Below are positions 58,868 to 64,000 of a stretch of DNA of 64,000 nt, piece after piece; position 1 is the first letter of the stretch; each line of letters opens with the position of its first letter. A program made the position numbers and the translations under genes. Source of the DNA: Candidatus Binatia bacterium (GTDB lineage: Bacteria > Desulfobacterota > Binatia > Bin18); contig CAXXHG010000018.1 of the NCBI GenBank assembly GCA_963666315.2, positions 110,936 to 174,935 of the forward strand, read 5' to 3'. The notes beneath the pieces were generated by a model. The model had not been told where the DNA came from. It searched no databases and was given only the letters and a program-made list of their open reading frames with translations.

Positions 58868-58986
58868 GCTGCATAAGCGGGATGAACTCTGAGGAACAAA
58901 CCTTACCAAGGTGAACAGGGTTTGTACGGCCTAGCCTGGGATGACAGCTATGCGGCCTCTCGACTAGGCCAACCCTCTCGAGCCCC

Positions 58987-59457
58987 CTATCCTTCTACTT
59001 CCACGATCATTTCAATTTCCACCGCAATCCCAAACGGGAGCTGGTTCATACCAACCGCAGAGCGGGCATGACGGCCACGTTCGCCAAACAGCTCGACCAA
59101 GAGATCAGACGCACCATTGATCACTTTGGGTTGGTCAAGAAAATCCGCAGTGCAGTTGACAAAACCCAGCAGCTTGACGATCCGCTGGACCTTATCCAAA
59201 TCACCCAGTTCTTGCTTCATAGACTGCAAGATGTTGAGCATCACATGTTTGGCCGCCTCATACCCCTGCGCCGCGTCCATGTCTTTGCCTAGCTTGCCTT
59301 GAATGAACGTGACCTTGCCGTCTTTCTGCACACCGGGGCCATGCCCTGAGACGAACAACAGGTTGCCCGTTCGCACCAGCGGCAAATAATTGGCCACGGG
59401 TGTGGTGCTAGGGGGGAGCGATATACCCATCTCTTCAAGTTTTTTTTCGACTTCCAT
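58987..59457 (-). CDS. RidA / YjgF-family protein
   Basis: PVANY, LFVSG, VKL.GFVN, NGASDLL..FGERGRHARSAVG. Confidence 0.92.
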   Translation of the reverse strand: MEVEKKLEEMGISLPPSTTPVANYLPLVRTGNLLFVSGHGPGVQKDGKVTFIQGKLGKDMDAAQGYEAAKHVMLNILQSMKQELGDLDKVQRIVKLLGFVNCTADFLDQPKVINGASDLLVELFGERGRHARSAVGMNQLPFGIAVEIEMIVEVEG

Positions 59458-59475
59458 CCTCTTCTCCTTTAGACA

Positions 59476-61770
59476 TTATTCCGACGCTTTTACGGCAGTG
59501 AGCGCAGCCTGCCCGCGTCGGGTCAACCACACCGACAGCTGCTCCGTTGCTTCGACCACAAGCAGCTTGCGTTCGATGAATAGATCAATAGCTGTGAGCA
59601 ACTCCTGGTGCGGATACTGTACCAAAAACCGGTGGCCGGGCAACGTGGTGATGTTCGCTGTTGGCCGAGCTCCCATTTCTGTCGTGCCGCGCAGGAAGTG
59701 CGCGACCCCGGCGCGTGCCAGCTCACCGTCCTGGCTTTGGACCACGCGCAAGATGGCCCAGCCTACAGCGGTTGGAATGGGGTCAAAGGGAGATTGGGGG
59801 GTAGGGACTGGGGGTTGGGGATGAGGGGTTGATGACGTGTGTTGTTCCAGCGCTTCTTTGGAGCTTTCGCCTTGCGTCCGACTTTCAACGGGTTCAGTAT
59901 CGTTGGTATTGGCTCCCTGGGCAGTCGTCTGTGCTGACTTTTTCTGCGCTGCTGGTGACGCCAGTACGACAGACGGGTATTGGCCGGGAATCAAACGGAG
60001 CTGGCCAGTCTGAATCAGACGGTCTATTTGTTCAACAATTTGGTCCTGGGTGAGGCGAGTGAGTTTGCCGTAATGGGGGGATTCCTCGAGTCCGAGCTGC
60101 TTCATCTTGCGCGACCGGCTGCCGGCCAACACCTGAGCAATCCCCGAACGTCCCATTTTTCGTTTCTGCAGGTCACGCACGGCTCCAAGAATCACGTCCT
60201 GACTGTCTAAGGCACCGGGGATGCCAGGCCGCAACGTCTGTGAGGTCGTTGTGCCCAGGGTACCCAGGGTACATAGATCACACTGGCCGCAGTTTTTCCC
60301 GACCGGGACGCGTTCGCCAAAGTAACGCAAGATCACCGCACGTCGACACGCCGTCGTCGTCAGGTAGTCGAGCATCTCTCCCAATCGACGATAGTCCGCC
60401 TGTTGGCGCTGCTTGAGAAAAGAAAAGTCGAGCCGTAAGTCTTGGGGGCTTTTGTCCGTCCGCAGCTGAACGGCCTGAGCTTTCGGACCTGTGCGCTCAA
60501 CGTAACCCTTGTCTTGTAACACTGTCAGCGCAACATTGACTTTCTCTTCACTCAACTCGGGCACCCGGCCCGGGATCTCACGTGGTGACAGCCCGGTTCG
60601 CAACAGGCGGTAGATCTCGCGGACCTCACCGCCAGTGGGATAGCGCTGCTGGATAAAGAAACGTTGCAGACCGCTGTCGCGCTTATCATACAGCAGGAGA
60701 CATTGAGCAGATTCCCCATCCCGGCCGGCCCGGCCGGCCTCTTGGTAATAAGCTTCGAGCGAGCCTGGATGTTGATAGTGGATCACGGCCCGCACGTCGG
60801 GTTTATCAATGCCCATACCGAAAGCGACGGTGGCGACAATAATGCGGACTTTTCCTTGCAGGAAGGCTTGCTGATTCGTACGCCGAATATGCGCCCCCAG
60901 GCCGGCATGATACGGCACAGTCTTCACCTCGTGTTGATTGAGGAGAGCGGCCAGCTCTTCCGCATCGCGCTGACGCGCAACATACACAATACAACTCCCG
61001 CTGATGCCCTGCAGCAGGGCGACCAACATCTCGGGTTTGGCCTTGGTGACACATGGCACCACACTAAAGAAGAGATTCGGGCGGTCAAACGAGTTGACAA
61101 GCAGAAACGGATCAACCAGACCGAGTTGGACGGCAATCTCGCGCCGCACGGCCGGGGTGGCGGTTGCGGTCAGAGCCAGGACAACCTTGGGTTGGATCGA
61201 GGCAATAGCACTCCGCAGGCGTAAATAGTCGGGACGAAAGTCATGTCCCCAATGACTCACACAGTGGGCCTCATCGACCACAAACAGACTGACCGCCACG
61301 CGTTTGAGCCGATCAATAAAACCCGGCGCAGCAAAGCGCTCAGGGGCAACGTATAAGAGCTTGAGGCGCTGCTCAGCCAGTTGTTGAAAACGCTGCTCAA
61401 TCTCGGCCCGCGATAGGCTCGAATTCAGTGCCGTCGCATGTAGTATCCCCCGGGCGTGGAGCTGATCGACCTGATCCTGCATCAGAGCGATCAAGGGCGA
61501 GACCACAATAGTTACCCCTTCACGCAGCAACGCCGGGAGTTGATAACACAGGGATTTCCCGCCACCAGTAGGCAGAATGGCAACCGTCGAACGCCCGGCC
61601 AATACAGCTTCAACGATCTTGCGTTGACCTGGACGAAAGTCGTCAAATCCAAAGTGGCGCTGCAGTGCGGCTGCGAGCGTATCTTCCGTCACAGAACGAG
61701 TAGCCAGATCAGAAGGGGCAGCCGGATCAGCACGATCAGAAGGATCAACAAGATCAGAAGGACCAGACAT
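59476..61770 (-). CDS. recQ: RecQ-family DNA helicase with two C-terminal winged-helix (RQC-like) domains
   Basis: PTGGGKSLCYQLP, DEAHC.S.WGHDFRP, TATAT, YHAG, GMGIDK, QEAGRAGRDG and CRR..CGQCD.C. Confidence 0.9.
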   Translation of the reverse strand: MSGPSDLVDPSDRADPAAPSDLATRSVTEDTLAAALQRHFGFDDFRPGQRKIVEAVLAGRSTVAILPTGGGKSLCYQLPALLREGVTIVVSPLIALMQDQVDQLHARGILHATALNSSLSRAEIEQRFQQLAEQRLKLLYVAPERFAAPGFIDRLKRVAVSLFVVDEAHCVSHWGHDFRPDYLRLRSAIASIQPKVVLALTATATPAVRREIAVQLGLVDPFLLVNSFDRPNLFFSVVPCVTKAKPEMLVALLQGISGSCIVYVARQRDAEELAALLNQHEVKTVPYHAGLGAHIRRTNQQAFLQGKVRIIVATVAFGMGIDKPDVRAVIHYQHPGSLEAYYQEAGRAGRDGESAQCLLLYDKRDSGLQRFFIQQRYPTGGEVREIYRLLRTGLSPREIPGRVPELSEEKVNVALTVLQDKGYVERTGPKAQAVQLRTDKSPQDLRLDFSFLKQRQQADYRRLGEMLDYLTTTACRRAVILRYFGERVPVGKNCGQCDLCTLGTLGTTTSQTLRPGIPGALDSQDVILGAVRDLQKRKMGRSGIAQVLAGSRSRKMKQLGLEESPHYGKLTRLTQDQIVEQIDRLIQTGQLRLIPGQYPSVVLASPAAQKKSAQTTAQGANTNDTEPVESRTQGESSKEALEQHTSSTPHPQPPVPTPQSPFDPIPTAVGWAILRVVQSQDGELARAGVAHFLRGTTEMGARPTANITTLPGHRFLVQYPHQELLTAIDLFIERKLLVVEATEQLSVWLTRRGQAALTAVKASE

Positions 61771-61779
61771 ATGTCGGTC

Positions 61780-62079
61780 TCACCGTCCCTTTTGGGTTAT
61801 GTCCCGCCTAGGCGGTGGTGAGGGAGGATCTTGGGTCGCCTCTACCCCACGCTGGATGAAATCATCGACTACGGTGGGAAGCGAACTTTGCTTATAGCTC
61901 TTGAGCAGTTGCGGCAGGAAGACGATGAGGAAGAGTAACAGCACGGCAATCAAGAACACAAAGCGCAAAAATTTACTCACCGCGACAAGCAAAGCCACCC
62001 CACCGCCAAGGAGAATGAGTTGCACCTTGGAGAGGTTCTGGAGCCAGGTCCACGTGTCATACAGGGCGTCTAGATTCAT
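61780..62079 (-). CDS. Small membrane protein
   Basis: Two hydrophobic segments; sits in the co-directional gene run between nnrU-like and recQ. Confidence 0.65.
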   Translation of the reverse strand: MNLDALYDTWTWLQNLSKVQLILLGGGVALLVAVSKFLRFVFLIAVLLLFLIVFLPQLLKSYKQSSLPTVVDDFIQRGVEATQDPPSPPPRRDITQKGR

Positions 62080-62090
62080 AACACACCATC

Positions 62091-62783
62091 CTAAAACGTC
62101 ATTAAGGTGCCGCCAAACAGACCGGGGTGAAAACTCCGCACAAGATAGAAACTAATGAGACCGATTATAATGATACCCCAGCGCAACTCTCCAGTTGGAA
62201 AAGGCTGGCGCCGATTGAAAATCGCCCCAAACGGCATAAACGACGTTGCGGTCTGAAACTCCGCATAGCCGGGAATCTCCGTCCGCTTGCGCTCATCCTG
62301 GTGACGCGCACCAAGCCAAGCAAAGACCGCCAACCCACCAAAAAACATCAAGTCAGCCAAGGTCCCGTTCATGAAGCAGTGCGCCAGACCAAACACAAAG
62401 AAGGACGCAAAAGTTGGATGCCGGGTAATACGCGTGACCCCATACGCCTGAGGCTCGCCGCTGGCTAGCATGGAACTTGGTGGACGTGCGGCAAGCCCGC
62501 TAGCCAGCAGGGCAAAGGCCAATACCATGAGGAGCAGGTTCAGATCACGGGCCACGAGATACGGCCCGAAGGTAACCCACAACTGGGGCCCGGCATGTTT
62601 ATGCTCGCCATAATACATACACAGCGGAACGAGGGTCGCGATCGCTATAAGCGAGTAAAGGCCGAGGAAACCACGCTCCCCTAAGCGAGAGACCAATTTG
62701 GGCCGCAGGCTGGGGGACGACATGAGCATATGTGAGCCGCCAAACAACACCCACCACAGCAATAAGACAAACGATTCTTTCAT
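62091..62783 (-). CDS. NnrU-family membrane protein
   Basis: F..SH, R..L...LGERGF.G.YS, GVTRITRHP, AH...NG and TS..PF.A. Start ATG 62783. Confidence 0.85.
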   Translation of the reverse strand: MKESFVLLLWWVLFGGSHMLMSSPSLRPKLVSRLGERGFLGLYSLIAIATLVPLCMYYGEHKHAGPQLWVTFGPYLVARDLNLLLMVLAFALLASGLAARPPSSMLASGEPQAYGVTRITRHPTFASFFVFGLAHCFMNGTLADLMFFGGLAVFAWLGARHQDERKRTEIPGYAEFQTATSFMPFGAIFNRRQPFPTGELRWGIIIIGLISFYLVRSFHPGLFGGTLMTF

Positions 62784-62793
62784 GTGGTCTCCA

Positions 62794-63546
62794 CTAACGT
62801 GCCACATAGCCTCCGTCAATAATGAACGGCGCGCCCGTGGCAAACGAGGATTCATCACTGGCTAAGAATAAGGCCGCGTTGGCAATGTCCTCAGGCTGCC
62901 CCAGCCGTCCAATGGGTTCCATCCGTGCAACTTGCTCTTCCGGTCGATCGCCCATGACGCGCTGCGCCATCGGGGTTGAAATCACGCCGGGACAGATACA
63001 GTTTATCCGGATATTCTTCTTGGCATATTCCAGTGCGACCATACGCGTCATATTGATCACCCCGGCTTTGGCTGCGGCATACGCCCCGCTGCCGGGAAAC
63101 CCGACCAGACCGGCTATAGATGCCGTGCTGAGAATGACTCCACCGCGCTGCTTGATCATGTGTGGGATGACATACTTCATGCCTAAATAGACCGAGGTGA
63201 GATCAATAACGATGACCCGCTCCCAGGCATCCTCCGGGTAGTCGGCCAGCTTTGCGGACGGGCCTTCAATGCCGGCATTATTGAACAGCACGTCTATCCG
63301 TCCATACGTTTCGACAGTCGTGTTCAGCATGTTCTGGACATCGGCTGACTTGGAGACATCCGCTCGAATAAAGGCGGCTTGGCCGCCGGCGGCCTGGACT
63401 TGCTGCACGGTCTCTTGGCCGCCCTGCTCGTCATAATCCGCCACACTGACCGTTGCTCCTTCTCGGGCAAAGAGCAGGCAGGTTGCGCGCCCAATCCCTG
63501 AGCCACCACCCGTAATCAGGCTGACTTTGTCTTTAAGTCTGTCCAT
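62794..63546 (-). CDS. Short-chain dehydrogenase/reductase
   Basis: TGGGSGIG, NNAG, S, YAAAK and ICPG. Confidence 0.93.
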   Translation of the reverse strand: MDRLKDKVSLITGGGSGIGRATCLLFAREGATVSVADYDEQGGQETVQQVQAAGGQAAFIRADVSKSADVQNMLNTTVETYGRIDVLFNNAGIEGPSAKLADYPEDAWERVIVIDLTSVYLGMKYVIPHMIKQRGGVILSTASIAGLVGFPGSGAYAAAKAGVINMTRMVALEYAKKNIRINCICPGVISTPMAQRVMGDRPEEQVARMEPIGRLGQPEDIANAALFLASDESSFATGAPFIIDGGYVAR

Positions 63547-63560
63547 TCCGTCTATACTCC

Positions 63561-64000
63561 TTACGCTGCGCTTAGATGTTTCAGTACCGCTTCTGCCTCT
63601 TGCACGATGTCGTGTACGATCTGCCCGGCGGGTTTAATGTCATGGATCAATCGGCATGACTCGCCAGCGTACAGCGCCGTCTGCTCGATATCCCCTGTAA
63701 AACCAGGCATAGGCGGAAAGATGCCATATTTGGGAATGTCTACGGTTGTTCCCGCCATAGGCATAGTCCCAATAACGCTGCCTTCTCCGGGCCGCTGGCC
63801 GCTGGCCGGACGTCCCGCCGCCTCCCACGCGTCCATGGCTTTGTTGCGCAGGACTCTATGCGTGGCATCCGGCCAACCGACATCAAAAAGAGTCGTGTAG
63901 ACCGTGTCTTCGGCCTTCCCATCAACAATGCGCTGTTTGTATTCCTGCGTGACGAGAATCTCTTCGCTGGCGACAAAGCGGGTGCCCATGGAAACCGCCT
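63561..64000 (-). CDS. Nitronate monooxygenase-family protein, C-terminal part
   Basis: AVSMGTRFVASEE, WP...HRVLRN and YAGES..I.DIKPA. Confidence 0.85.
   Translation of the reverse strand, partial: AVSMGTRFVASEEILVTQEYKQRIVDGKAEDTVYTTLFDVGWPDATHRVLRNKAMDAWEAAGRPASGQRPGEGSVIGTMPMAGTTVDIPKYGIFPPMPGFTGDIEQTALYAGESCRLIHDIKPAGQIVHDIVQEAEAVLKHLSAA

Noticed and set aside
1-64000. tRNA, rRNA, tRNA-Sec, riboswitches
   Set aside because: No recognisable cloverleaf, rRNA or riboswitch consensus was seen by eye; a covariance-model scan would be needed to exclude them.

Overview
A GC-rich bacterial chromosomal window dominated by catabolic and redox genes. It holds seven luciferase-like (LLM) monooxygenase/F420-type genes, four Rieske oxygenase alpha subunits (one partial), two NicX-like ring-cleavage dioxygenases, four amidohydrolases, PDH E1, RecQ and transporters. 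This enzyme profile resembles Candidatus Binatia/Tectomicrobia-type organisms (inference only). Intergenic space is full of REP-like palindromes, three MITEs, an IS1595 element, toxin-antitoxin debris and an integron-integrase remnant. About eight genes carry frameshifts, in-frame stops or truncations, from either decay or assembly error. The most notable signals cluster at 49.6-58.9 kb. (1) An AhpC/TSA-fold gene (49614-50126), missed by the ORF track, reads FYRGPW-TGA-PK-TGA-QVQL followed by a SECIS-like hairpin, i.e. a probable UxxU di-selenoprotein. (2) Its Cys paralog (CPRD) is fused to a cold-shock domain. (3) A Rho termination factor has an intact motor, but its whole N-terminal RNA-binding domain is replaced by a short Arg-rich peptide. 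Also of interest are a kinase / divergent enolase / 2-hydroxyacid dehydrogenase operon and a twice-repeated Rieske + NicX-like module.
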